NCBI RefSeq assembly: GCF_018977255.1 | Contig: NW_024704742.1 | Span: 118,298,001 to 118,362,000 of the forward strand | Length of the DNA stretch: 64,000 bases | Direction of reading: 5' to 3' | DNA from: Callorhinchus milii | Taxonomy: Eukaryota | Shown here: positions 37,621 to 50,714 of the stretch, one piece after another | Layout of the letters: the number at the start of each line of letters is the position of its first letter | How positions within the stretch are numbered: the first letter of the stretch is position 1 | Position numbers and translations under genes: made by a program | Notes under the pieces: generated by a model | What the model saw: the letters and a program-made list of their open reading frames with translations, nothing else | Databases searched by the model: none | Told to the model about the DNA's origin: nothing

Positions 37621-39592
37621 GATTCCTTAAAAATTACCAAATTTTACTTTTTAAACAATGATGTTCAAGTTATCCTGATCTCTGACCTGCTCACTTTCAC
37701 ACTGGCTGAGAAGATGGTACATCCACAGACTTGACGAGCAGTGGGTCATTCAGCAAGCGATGAGACATCATTTGTCAGCCCACTTATATACGGGAATCAA
37801 CAGAAAAATGAGACCTTCAATCCTCAGGGCTTGTGAATTTTAAAATGTTTATTCATGACAAAAGCTTAAAACAACAAGAACAACTTACATTTATATAGCG
37901 TCTTCACATGGGGTAGCATCGCGAGGGGTATCTGTTGCCTCACAATGTTTTAAAAACACAGGACCGCAAAACCTTTGTGGCATTGTGCTAACCAATAACC
38001 ACAGAGATACACTTTCCATCAGGAGCCATTGCAAAGTGAAACAATCAGGAACCGCAGCTGATTTTTTTCCCTGTGTAGCCTATTGTTATGCCCATAATAC
38101 CATTGCAGTTGAAATCTGCTAAATCAGCACAGGCCAAGCACCAACCCGGAACCTCGTGTTCTTTGGCTCAAGACCATTGTCTTAAAATCTAAAATTATGT
38201 TAATTTTGCAAAATAGTCTTACATTCAGTCTGAACATGGAAGTCAATTTGGAATCCACACTGATCCAAATAGAACTGCAGAGAATTGACTTCGGTATTGA
38301 CTTCCAAATTTACACTGAATTTAAGATCATTTTCCCATAATTTTGCATGACCTTCAATATTTATGGCATAAATCAAACTATATTCAATCAAGAAAATGTA
38401 TTTTGTTAGCTGACCATAAAGGTTGGCCACCGCTGTTCTACCGATTTCCTTCAAATATCATTTTCTCTTGCATTGACAAAATTCATAGTCACTACATTTG
38501 AGCACAGTAAATCGGGCACTATACGAAATGCAAGGATTATTATGATTTAATAAGTAGACCTTTGGGGGAATAAGTACCATAGATTTCATAATTAAAACAA
38601 ATCACTGGGATTGAGATAAGTATAAATAAAATGGGGAATGTTTTTACACAGTTGTAACTGTGGGTTCCGCCCATCCCCCCCCCCCCCACCCCCACACACT
38701 TTAATGAGATTTTATTAAAGACTAATATGCTGTGTAAATGAACTTCTGAACCACTTGTACTGTAACAAGTAACCAGCAATACAAATATAGATTTTGTCCT
38801 TCCAAATGTGTGTCTGGAGCGAGCTAGACAACAATGGGCTGAATGAAGAACTTGTGGCAGTGGTAGCAGCAGCTTTGAGATGAATAACCAGCAACACACG
38901 AGAGAGAAGCTTATTGACTGCTGTGATTTCTCCTGTAGCAAACTGGTTAGGATTCCCCGAACAAGCCTTGTGACAGCGCTTAGGCAAGTCAAATATTAAA
39001 TACAAAGAGCAATGAATAGATAGGGGCGATTAGGGGAGAAGGCAGTAATTTAATCTAGTGGTTCAGACGACAGACATCATAGCTGCCAAATGAGCCCAGC
39101 GATCTGACTGCAACGCTGTCTGCTGATATCTGCAGATTTAATGATACCGTACACACTGCTTTAATTTGCTATGGAGATCTGGCTGGATTTGCGCCTGTTT
39201 TGGGGGCTGGCAAGTTGCTGTACTGTAGACACACGTTGATGACATTCACACCGCAACATTGATGACTGTGACACAATTTCTGCCAGTGTACATTTTGGAG
39301 CGATAAGCCGCAACCACAACTGCCAACAAAGTCCAGGTTTTACACATTATAGCTCCTGGCGTTTCGCCTACAAAATACACGGTCACTACATTTTACAGTA
39401 TATTCTGTGAAGCGCTTTGAGGCGTCTCGAAGACAAGATAAGGTGCTGCATCAAATGCAAGTATTACTGATCCGTTTATTCTTCCCACGTTTATCTTCTG
39501 GGCAGTAAATGCTTCCGCTTGGGATGGGAGATTTTTGGGTGGTGGGGGGGGGGGAAGCTTTCGACTGTTTTTTGACCCACTTCCCAGTTTAC

Positions 39593-39790
39593 CTGAAATG
39601 GCTTAAAAAACATCTCTCCGGTCCTTACAGCGGCAACAACCCCCTTTCCAGATGGAAGAGCAACACACACACACACTCTCACACACACTCACACAGCGAC
39701 AGAGTTAAGTCGCGAGTTCACAACGATCAAAGTCATCCCCTGAGAGAGATGATGTTATGTCGCGACTTGCCCTGCCTGGGTCACGATTCA
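39593..39790 (-). other. Candidate alternative first exon (possible ATG 39613, MFFKPFQ, phase 0)
   Basis: Donor CAG|GTAAAC at 39592; locally CpG-rich unique sequence; 5' end uncertain. Confidence 0.35.
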
Positions 39791-40222
39791 ACCCACTTTC
39801 ACAGCCTTCTCCCCCTCACCCCAGGGCTCTGCTTGCCTTTGGCTGCCTTTTTGGTCTGTCTGTCTATCTGTCTGCCCTGTAATTGGGAGCAGAGCAAACC
39901 AGAGCTACTCCCTCTCTCCCTCCCTCTCTCTCTCTTTCCTACAACAGAATCCCATCAAGTCTTAGCTTTGTTTTATTACCAGTTGCAGAATGAATCTCGA
40001 GTCCAAAGAAAAAAAAGACAACCAACCAAAACAACACATTGTTTCAATAAAAGTGTTCAAACTGCAGGTTTTACCATGAGAGAGAACCTTCTCCCCCAAC
40101 ACACACCACACACACCCCCCCCACACACCCCACTTCTCCTCAACATCCAGTCAGACTTTCTAATATTTATTGTCCAGATGTTTTAATACTGTAAGTGTTC
40201 CTACACAGGGGATCTCGGTGCT

Positions 40223-40427
40223 ATCCCTCCAAAAGCCAAAAACAATAATAAATTGGTCATTTTCAATCCACGACTGTCTGGGACATTGCTGTGCGCAATT
40301 GGTTGCCGCGTTCGCCCACAAATATACAATCAATTCACTTTACAGTGTGTTCTGTGAAGCGCTTTGGGACGTCCTCCCGACGTGAAAAGCGCTATATCAA
40401 ATGCAAGGATTATTATTATTATTATTA
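40223..40427 (+). mobile_element. SINE family A, young, 5' truncated
   Basis: Near-consensus body and tail. Confidence 0.9.
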
Positions 40428-40655
40428 TCAAGTAGACTTTATTGCAAGTCCTGGTTTGCTTTTGGCACTAGAGGGACACAAAGAGAGAGAGAGAGCGAGA
40501 GACATATAGACACCAAACTCCTGAAACTTTTCAGACAAGAGATGAAGCTGGGGTTGGAGCTCCATTCATTCACTCCCTGGTGTTAAGGAAAACACCCACA
40601 GTTTCACTTCACTTCACTCCTCCTGAACGAACCAAAGTAGCACAAAGCCACTCAC

Positions 40656-40800
40656 AGGGTCTGGGCTCTTTTTATCACAGTTTCCTTTAAAAGTTTTCAT
40701 TCAGTCAGTCTCAGTCAGTCAGTCACCTCCTCCCCTGGAACTCTCTCCCAGTCAGTTGCAGCCTGGAATTCCCAGTTTGCACCCATTTGAAAGCATTTCC
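40656..40800 (-). other. Candidate non-coding alternative first exon
   Basis: Donor CCT|GTGAGT at 40655; 5' end uncertain. Confidence 0.25.
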
Positions 40801-40855
40801 AGGGATTGGTTTTATTATTCAACTCTTTCTTTTGGAATTCCCTCGTCTCTCTGAG

Positions 40856-41103
40856 ATAATAATAATAATAATAATCCTTGCATTTGATATAGAGCTTTTC
40901 ACGTCGGGAGGACGTCCCAAAGCGCTTCACAGAACACACTGTAAAGTGAATTGACTGCATATTTGTGGGCGAACGCGGCAGCCAATTGCGCACAGCAATG
41001 TCCCACAGACAGTCGTAGATTGAAAATGACCAATTTATTATTGTTTTGGGTTTTGGAGGGATTATTATTAGGCTCTGTGTGGAGTAAGGAAACTTGCCCA
41101 AGG
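40856..41103 (-). mobile_element. SINE family A, young, head truncated
   Basis: Near-consensus body and tail. Confidence 0.9.
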
Positions 41104-41436
41104 TCTTTGCTGATGGGGTTAAAATATACAGTATCTCATTTCTTCTCTCTCCCTCGCCCCCTCTCTCTGTCTGTGCCTAACCCCCTCCACCCAACTCTCT
41201 TGCCTGTAGCAATCCCAATGCAATCGTATTATTATTTATGATGATTATTAAAACCTGCCCCAGCCAAGACTGTGAGAGATCACACACACTCCCCACAACC
41301 CTGATCCCCAAACCTTGCCCCCCCCCCCCGTCTAGCCTTTGCCCAGACCACCGGTTGGGGCTTCCTTACCACGTTTAGGATCACTAGTCCAGCAATGGCT
41401 TTTGCCCTGACTTTCCCACACTGTCTGGGAGTGGAT

Positions 41437-42360
41437 CTCCCCCCCACCCACACACCCCAACCCCAGCCCCCCCCACACACCCCAACCCCAGCCCCGCCAC
41501 ACACCCCAACCCCAGCCCCCCCCCCCAACCCCAGCCCCCCCCACACACCCCAACCCCAGCCCCCCCCCACACACCCCAACCCCAGCCCCCCCCCCACACA
41601 CCCACCCCAGCCCCCCCCACACACCCCAACCCCAGCCCCCACACACCCAGCCCCCCCCCCCCACCCCAGCCCCCCCCCCACACACCCCAGCCCCCCCCCA
41701 CACACCCCAGCCCCCCCCCCCCACACACCCCAGCCCCCCCCCCAAACCCCAGCCCCCCCCCAAACCCCAGCCCCCCCCCACACACCCCAGCCCCCCCCAA
41801 CCCCAGCCCCCCCCACACACCCCAGCCCCCCCCCACACCCCAGCCCCCCCCCACACAGCCCAGCCCCCCCCCACACAGCCCAGCCCCCCCCCCACACACC
41901 CCAGCCCCCCCCCCACACACCCCAGCCCCCCCCCACACACCCCAGCCCCCCCCCCACACACCCCAGCCCCAGCCACCCCAACCCCAGCCCCCCCAACCCC
42001 AGCCCCCCCCCACACACCCCAGCCCCCCAACCCCAGCCCCCCCAACCCCAGCCCCCCCCACACACCCCAGCCCCCCCCCCAACCCCAGCCCCCCCACACA
42101 CCCCAGCCCCCCCCCCCAACCCCAGCCCCCCCCAACCCCAGCCCCCCCCAACCCCAGTCTCTCCCCCCAAACCCCAGTCTCTTCCCCAAACCCCAGTCCC
42201 CCCCACCCCCAGTCCCCCCCCACCCCAGTCCCCCCCCCACCCCAGCCCCCCCCACCACCCCAGCCCCCCCCCCACACCCCAGCCCCCCCCCCCACACCCC
42301 AGTCCCCCCCCACACCCCAGCCCCCCCCCCCACACACCCCAGTCCCCCCCCCCCAGTCCC
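41437..42360. repeat. C-rich variable minisatellite (CCCCAG-C6-10-ACACA / CCCCAA units); G-rich on the minus strand
   Basis: Direct reading; dozens of G-runs of 4 or more on minus. Confidence 0.95.
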
Positions 42361-42401
42361 TGCTTCAATCACAGCACAACTGACTCCACAGTGAGCCTTA
42401 C

Positions 42402-42680
42402 CGATCTGCTCCAGAGCCCCTCTGGCGGTGCAGGGTTTGGTGGCTCAGTTACTGCGGGTCTGTGGCCCCTCTTCCTGCAGTTCCGTGCATTTAAATCCCA
42501 GTGCTTCTGTGTGTATTTGCTGGGGTGGGGGGTCTCTGCTGCCCCGCGATGTCCTCCTTCTCCACCTCCTTTCTTTCTTCCTTCACTCACTCACTCACTC
42601 TCTCTCTCTCTCCTCAACACATGGGCGGCTGACGAGTAGCCCCCAATGACGTATCATACACACGATCCACCCCTTCTCCT
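42402..42680 (-). promoter_or_regulatory. Candidate promoter / non-coding first exon of the minus-strand gene
   Basis: GC/CpG-enriched unique island, donor TCG|GTAAGG at 42401, CRE-like TGACGT near 42647, short uORF MHGTAGRGATDPQ. Confidence 0.45.
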
Positions 42681-42687
42681 GTTCCCA

Positions 42688-43290
42688 GTGTGTGTGTGTG
42701 TGTGGAGAGAGAGAGAGGAGGGATGGAGAGGTTGGAGAGGAGAGGGATAGGGAGAGAGAGGGGGGGGGGGGATAGAGAGAGGGGGGGGGGGGATAGAGAG
42801 AGAGAGGAGGGGGATATGTAGAGAGAAGAGGGATAGAGAGAGAGGAGAAGGATAGAGAAAAGGAGAGGGATAGAGAGGAGAGGAGAGGGATAGATAGAGA
42901 GATGAGAGGGGTAGAGAGAGAGAGGAGAGGGATAGTTAGATAGAGAGATGAGAGGGATAGAGAGAGAAGGATGGAGAGAAAGGAGAGGGATAGAGAGAAA
43001 GGAGAGGGATAGAGAGGAGAGGAGAGATAGAGAGGGGTAGAGAGAGAGGAGAGGGATAGTTAGATAGAGAGATGAGAGGGATAGAGAGAGAGAAGGATAG
43101 AGAGAAAGGAGAGGGATAGAGAGGAGAGGAGAGTGATAGAGAGATGAGAGGGGTAGAGAGAGAGAGGAGAGGGATAGATAGAGAGATGAGAGGGATAGAG
43201 AGAAAGGAGAGGGATAGAGAGAAAGGAGAGGGATAGAGAGAAAGGAGAGTGATAGATAGAGAGATGAGAGGGGTAGAGAGAGAGAGAACC
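42688..43290. repeat. (GT)n followed by polypurine GA-rich minisatellite (GGAGAGGGATAGAGA-type units)
   Basis: Direct reading; nearly pure purine on +. Confidence 0.95.
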
Positions 43291-43474
43291 AGGGTCTGCA
43301 CTGGGAAAGCATTCAATGTATTGCTCTGTATGTGACAGTCCTGGGGGTGGAGGGAAGGGGAGTTGGGGGGTGGGTGGGGGGGCAGAAGAGAGACTCAAAG
43401 GGGAACACACAACTGAGGGAAGTTCCAGCACAGATTATTTTACAAGTAATTTTCACTAAAGTTTCATTCTTCAT

Positions 43475-43610
43475 ATAATAATAATCCTTGCATTTGATAC
43501 AGCGCCTTATCACACCATCCGGATGTCTCAAAGCGCTTCGCAGAATATATTGTAAAGTGTAGTGACACTGTGTTTTGTGGGTGAAACTGCAAATCGTTAT
43601 GTGTGCGATT
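43475..43610 (-). mobile_element. SINE 3' tail fragment
   Basis: (AAT)n CCTTGCATTTGATACAGCGCC. Confidence 0.8.
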
Positions 43611-45299
43611 AAATACAAAGAGTTTAAAAGGTACAGGGTCAACCCAAAATTGTGTGTGTGTCTGTGTGTGTGTGTGGGGGGGGCGGGGGGAGATATTTCA
43701 ACTCGACTTAGTTTGTTGTCTTACCTACGGTGATCATATTTTGTAAGCCAAATCTCTCTATCCCTCTCATCTCTCTATCTATCTATATACATATATATTA
43801 AAAAAATTTAACTCACTACAATTTCTGACGCTGGCAGTACAGGAGAAGCTTGTTGGATTACTGTTGTATCTCTCAGATGAGCATATGTTTCAGAATTTTA
43901 TTGTTCTTGCTCAGTTGTTGCTGGAGTGCTCTGGGACGCTACCCTGAGAGAGGGACGCAATATAAATTCAAGTTGTTGTTGTTGCTGCTGAACTCCAGAC
44001 AGGGCAGATTTGGTCAGAGACACCACACCTCATCCGGATTGTCCCCAGATTTCGGGGATGTATGGCCACCCTATTTTTGCATTTCAGAGCATGCAGAATT
44101 TGGCACGTTCTTTAAATGGTGTCATAATTTTGAAGCCAGTTTTCTGTAAGTTATTTTAAGAACTACAGAACTGGCTTCAAAATGAAGACGGACTTCAACA
44201 ATTTGCCATATTTTGAAATCTGGGGTTTAATTTTTAAACCAATTTTCTGTCGTTTGTTTGTTTTTTTTATGTACATTCCTTAAGCAATACAGAGAACTGG
44301 CTTCAAAATGAAGACTCAGAGATTCAACAATTTGTCAAATTTTGCTTGCTTTGCGATGCAAAGGAAATAGAGTGAATCTAGACCCAGGTGGATTTTCTCC
44401 CCTGCAGTGTCATAAGAAATGCAATAAATCAGTTTTTAAGAGAACAAAATACTGTAGCTAGAAAAGACTAAAATTAAACAAAACAAAAAGTTTCATTTCA
44501 GATCTTTCCCAGACTGTGCTGGAGAGAGGTCTGAATAAAGAAAATCACATTTCCAGATTTGATCCAATTTTTGGGACAGGAAGAGAAAGAGAGGGAGATG
44601 TCAGCTCATATTATACTGAAATTTCAGATGAAGCTCTTTATGATTACATTTACATGTGTTTTAGAACAGAGTTGGAACCTAGCAAAAGCAAGGCACCTCT
44701 ACCTGAAATCTGCACAGTGCAACATCGATCTATTTGCAAATATAAAGCAAATTTGAAGCTGAGATTTCATCTCTGGAGCACACAAGTGTTGTAATGTCAT
44801 TCATTTAATGAATGTTACCAGTGATAAGACCACTTAGTGTGCATCACCTTCGAACCTAAAGGCTTGAGAGTCTCCTAACAGTAATATTTTCTCTTAATAA
44901 AGCCGTTCCTTACCAGGAATCACTTTCCACTGTTATTAGCCTATCCAAAATTTGGCACTTGAACTAATTATTCTTTTTCCATGCTGCTAGTGTGTGGCTA
45001 GTGTGCATGCTGGACTGGATTCTATTAGCGCTGCTTTGATATGCTTTATGGTCAGTTTACCAGTATATTAAACACGTCTTCAAAACTCCCAACCATCCCT
45101 TTGCGGCACAAAAGTGCAGTGTGCTTCTCACAATACTTCTTCCCAACTTTTCATGACATTGTCCACAACTGTGATCCATATTGTACTTATTTTCACATTG
45201 TCCAGTTCTTACGTAGTTACGTGTACTCCCAGAACCCAGTTGGTTTCAAGAAGTTGTGCCTTTGATACAGTAGTTCAGGCCTCTTCCTCAAGTTCCCTT

Positions 45300-45732
45300 A
45301 GTTCCCAGTTCCAACGGATTGATTTTTATATATTCAAGCTGACCTTTAAATCCCTTCACAATCTTGCCTCACCCTATCCCTGCAGCCTCCTTCACTCTTA
45401 TTCTCCTGGCTGAACCCCCTGCTCTTCCTACTTTGGTCTACTACTCATTCTTCACACTTTCCATTCTACCATCAGTGGCTGATCCTTCAGCCACTATGTC
45501 CCCATGCTCTGGATATGTCCCCGAATCTGCTTCATAGAATCATAGTATTATACAGCACAGAAGGAGGCCATTCGACCCATCGTGTCTGTTCCGGCTCTTT
45601 GAAAAGAGCTATCTAATTCAATCCCACTCCCCCGGCTCTCCCCATAGTCCTGCAAACTTGTCCTCCCCAAATAATTATCTACTTCTCTCTTAAAAGTTGT
45701 TATCACATCGGCTTCCACCGCCCTTTCAGGCA
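45300..45732. mobile_element. L2 fragment (+, 45300-45530) followed by a CR1 3' end (-, 45533-45732)
   Basis: RIDFYIFKLTFKSLH; CR1 tail matches 57250-57445. Confidence 0.8.
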
Positions 45733-46354
45733 TTTTCCTTGCATTTTTCTCCAAGTCTTCAAACACTCAGGAAATGTATATTTTTCAATGCACCTCCTCT
45801 CCTTCCTTTCCTGTTTGGTGATCCCCGCTCTGAAGACTTGTACTCTGCGTGAAAGGAGTATAAGTTTTTGGTGTTAATGCTGCAGTGTAACCAACGTATT
45901 AATGAGAGTGAAATTTGTGCCATTTCATACACATAGGATCTGTTACGAAATGCTACTTATTTCCATCTATACCTAAGAATGGCCATGATACAAAAGCAAT
46001 AACCTCTCCATCATCACAGTTAATTGTTTCTATTCATCTTGAACAAAACTTGGCACCTCTAGATCTTACATCATTTATTTGATGGATATCACCATTAATA
46101 GGGCCACTTCACCTGTCTTACGATCAAAATGCTGGTGAATTGAAATGCCTGAGAGTCTCCAAACAAGAGGTGGAAAATTCTGGAGGCAGCATTTCAGTTC
46201 GGATTCATAAGGACACAGACTGAGATAAGTGAATATCCTGTTTTTTAGCTGGACTCGAACCCTGATTTCTGTGTTCGAGAGCAACAGCAGAATGCAGAAC
46301 TCATCAGGCACAGCTATTATACTGGAGTTGTTTATAAGCAGAATCAATTATAAT

Positions 46355-46712
46355 AATAACATAATAATGAACCTTGCATTTGATGTCGTGCCTTATCACG
46401 ACTTTGAGACATCTCAAAGCGCTTCACAGAATATACTGTAACGTGAATTGACTGTATATTTTGTGGGCGAAACGCAGCAGCCAATTGGACACAGCCTTGA
46501 CCCACAAACAGTTAAGGATTGGAGAACATTTTTTTTAAGGGATTATTACCCTCAGAAAGCAATTTTACAATCGACTAACAACCAGATTCCTACTTACTGC
46601 CAGGTAAGTAGAGTCGTGTGGAGTAAGGAAACTTGTCCAATGTTTCGCCCTGCCCGGGAATCGAACCCAGGTCCTCTCACTTGCGAGGCAAGTGCTATAA
46701 CCACAGGACTCC
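46355..46712 (-). mobile_element. SINE family A (long variant), full length
   Basis: Tail, body, internal segment, head ending GGACTCC. Confidence 0.9.
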
Positions 46713-47894
46713 ACACAATTGTTCCTGAAGGTGGCACAATGAGGGTTCAGAGCAGCAATGTGAAAGGTTCTGATGCAGGAGTGGAAGCAATTGGTTCATT
46801 CTCTCCCTGCATTCAATTTCTGAAACATTCACACTGCATAGGATGGAACTTAATGGAAAACCGGGAGAACAAAATCATGTCACTCTGACACACCACCTAG
46901 CGGCCAGATAAAAAGCAGTGTTATTACAACAATCATCCTTAATAATAATCCTTACATTTGATATAACGTTTTTAACGTTGTGAGGACATCCCAAAGGATT
47001 GACTGTAATGTGTAGTGACTGTGTATTTCTTTGTAGGGGAACCAATTTGTGCAGAAGCAATGAAATGATCAGTGTTGGGAAAATGACTCGCCGCTTTGCT
47101 TTTTATAAAACTATTACCTAAAGATGCACTTCTCTTTGGGGCTCTGATCAGAATCTATTGTTATAATAAATAGATGGCTAGCTAGAATACAGTAAATATA
47201 TGTTGTGAATTTGTTTTATGAATGTTGCTTTTATTGGGAAGTAATTGATGGGAAATGAAACATCAGCAACAAGCACTCCAGATCATGTGTAGTGCAAAAA
47301 ATAAATACAGGGTTTCTTAGAAGAGCATGCCTTAATACACCAGTGTGTGTTTCCATTTCCCACAAGTGCCTTCATAGCCACCGTGGAGGCAGTTAGTTTT
47401 TGTTATAAGACAGTCTCTTCTCCACAGTCAGCCTTATTGCCTCTCTACATGAAACTGCCAGATTGGTGCCAAATTATGCGTGGCTTTGTGCTGTGAATTC
47501 GTGCCAACTCAAAATAGGGCTCAGACTCACCGAACATATTTTATTTGAGGCTCCTTACAACCATCAGAGAAAGGGAATGTTAATTCTATCAGTCTGGGAT
47601 GAATTTAAATCTAGACAAGAGAAAGTGTCTTGTGCTAACACGCAGTATTACAAGTCCACTTGCCTTTATGTTTTTTTCAAATCTTTTATTTCACCAGCAA
47701 AAGATTTTTTTTCCCCCAGAAGCTCATTATTTGCAGGGACTGCTCTTGGATTAAAGGACTCCAGCTGTGGGTCTCTGTATTTTAAAATCCATCCTCTGGA
47801 GGTGAAATATAATTACACTGAAACAAACCTGGATTAAATAACTCAGCAACGTTTACATTAACAATGTTACCGTCAATCATTAACCTTGAAAGGA

Positions 47895-48220
47895 GAAGTC
47901 TCAGAGGGGATCTTATAGAGGTATGTAAGACGTTAAATGGGACAGAAAAAATGAACACATAAATATATTTTCAAATACGCCATGGCAGCAGAACAAGAGG
48001 CTATTGGTTCAGGTTTATGAAGCCCAATTTCATTACAGATACCGGGAAATATCTCCTTGCGCACAAGGTGATCAACAGTTTAAAAAGATGGTTACCAGAA
48101 AGTATGGTGGAGGCCAGGACACTGGATTGGTTTAAAGAACAGTCTGATGCAACAATGTGGAGTTAACATTTGAGAAGGATGAGATCAAATGGGCCCAAGG
48201 GTCTTCTTCATCTGTTTGTC
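47895..48220 (+). mobile_element. Old CR1 3' fragment
   Basis: RGDLIEVCKTL translation and degenerate 3' end. Confidence 0.6.
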
Positions 48221-50143
48221 TTTTGTGATCTTGAAATGTACCACACGTGGAGCTTTGTGTCTGTAGTATAAACAGATAATGCAATATTGAAAGTTCATAA
48301 AATCCAGATGGAATGACACATTCAAGAGAAAGGAAAAATTTCCCCAGATACAGAAAAATAAGATTTGCTTTTACTTCTGTGCAGATAGATCCAGTCTTGT
48401 GTTTTTCCACTGATTCAGTTGTTCCCTTTTTCTCAATGATTCATGCTGCGGCTACTCCACAAACCCAAGCCGCTGCCTGATACTTTATACAGAGTGGTCA
48501 TTCTTCTAAATGCAAGCTAACAGTGAGTGCTGGTGGCCTATTCAAGCAAACAGGGAAATGAAATGCTTCAAATCCTGTCAAAATGCAAGCATTTCCACCA
48601 GGAGTCAGCAATCAGAAGCAGGAACCCTTCTTAGCCTTTATAGCTCAGTACCAAAGCAGGCAGACCCTAAGCCATGTGAGGAGGTGCCCATCTAGTATTG
48701 TTTATGTTCATTGTTCAAAGAGATTCTACTATATTCTGCAGTTTTGACATCTCCACATTCATCATCAAAAATATTCTCAGGCAACTGACAAGGTGTGAGT
48801 TTAATGCAAGAAAGGGCCCCTTTTATTTCCCTTTGTACCTTACCCCCACATCCACTGACACACACACACATGCCCTCCCACATTGTAACCATCAATTAAG
48901 GCTGAGAGTCAAACTAGGTCCTCGATCAAATATAAATCCAGCTGCAGCAACATGAATCTTTATCTAACAATGTTCCTAATGTAAAACCTGAAGCATTTCA
49001 AATCATTCATTTATTTCTAAATAAAAAATAAGTTACTGTAAGCTTGAATAGATCATTGGTGAAGCCATATCTGAAAATTCACTGACTGACATACACTGAC
49101 GTTTGCAGTAAATCCTGTGAAGCACTTTGACATGTCCTTCTGACATCAAAGGCACTATACCAAATGCAACAATTACAATACAATACAAATTGACATTTAT
49201 ATTGTGCCTTTCCCGACGTGGAAGGCACTCTATAAATGGAATTTTGTTGTTGTTGTTGTTGTTCAAGTTATTTATGAATAATAATAAAAATATTGTGAAC
49301 ATTTCTGGGCAACTCACCTTCAGAAGTGTTTATGAGATTTCAGAGCACAGCAGTAAAATGATGGACTTGGGATACCTCAATTACAAGGCTCAAATAATTT
49401 GTTTTCATTGGATAAAATGAAGGAACAAGGCTTTAGAATGATGAAAATAGCTAGTGAGGGAAATCTAATCAGCTTATTTGAATTAAATCTTGAAAGCAGG
49501 ATTAATAGGCATTAAAATTGTTGCCTGGCGAGGGAAGGAGGCACGTTTTAAATTGTGGAGATGAATAAACATTGTGACATTTTTGCTTAACTACCTTCGG
49601 AGATGAAGTATCGATGCAGAAACTTTGCTCCTGGAGTGTTTGTGGAAGGAGCAAGCTCGATGGGCCAAATGATTTGTTTCCCGCATTCAATACTTTTTGT
49701 TCTTATTCCATATCGTTGACTTGGCAGCGTGACTCATAGCTCCGTCATAGTAAAAGTCTGCAATATTAATTAGTAACTGCGCACCAAAGGGATCACTTAC
49801 ACAATGTGGTTTTACAACTCCAGTCCATTCCTATTTTACAATATGTACAACTATGTCTGGCCCAGTGTGGCCTAAATCAAGTAACAGCTTTCAACTCAAA
49901 ATAGACAATTGCCAAACTATGATCAGTAGTCCCATGATACCTGAAAAGTATAACATTGACCTGTCAAATTAAGCAGTGGGCAGAACGTTCTAACACTAAA
50001 CAGAAGCTCAAGATTATCTCATTTTAGCAGAATTCAGTGATATCAATAAGCACATAATGTACAGCCAAAATGATCCCTCCTCAGATTAAACCTTTTCCCA
50101 AAAATCTTCCTGTAACCATTTTGTTCATGTAATGCCATATCAT

Positions 50144-50467
50144 ATAATAATAATAATAATCCTTGCATTTGATATAGCGCTTTTCATGTCGGGAGGATGT
50201 CCCAAAGCGCTTCACAGAATATACTGTAAAGTTAATTGACTGTATATTTGTGGGCAAACGCGGCAGCCAATTGCGCACAGCAATGTCTCACAAACAGTCG
50301 TAGATTGAAAATGACCAATTTATTATTGTTTGGTTTTGGAGGGATTATTATTAGGCTCTGTGTGGAGTAAGGAAACTTGCCCAAGGTTTCGCCCTGACCT
50401 TCCTAGGATTGAACTCAGGTCTCTCGCTTGCAAAGCGAGTGCTCTAACCACTGAGCTACAGGACTCC
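50144..50467 (-). mobile_element. SINE family A, young, full length
   Basis: Complete head to tail; near-identical to 62095-62347. Confidence 0.93.
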
Positions 50468-50714
50468 ACTATTACGTATCATATCATGTAATGTGATAAT
50501 TTTATGGGCGAAACTCGGCAACCAATTGCGCACAGCAGTGTCCCACAGATTATCTGAGTATCTGGGAAGCAGAGCAAGAGTAATGGTCCTGCTGTGGAAC
50601 TGCATGGTGAATGGTGCTGTGAGATGAGATACGTAGAGTTTAGAACAGTAAAGCTCTTCCATCAACCATCAAAACAATGCACAGTTCAGAAATCTTTGTA
50701 CATTTTAATAACAA

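Noticed and set aside
41280..42639. Long Gly/Trp-rich and Pro-rich ORFs (317-414 aa)
   Set aside because: Open in several frames on both strands only because the C-rich minisatellite lacks stop codons
42614..43431. Ser/Leu/Pro-rich ORFs
   Set aside because: Translations of the GA-rich low-complexity tract
44516..44794. 92-aa + strand ORF after a possible acceptor
   Set aside because: No recognisable domain, AT-rich, no partner exons; length is within chance expectation
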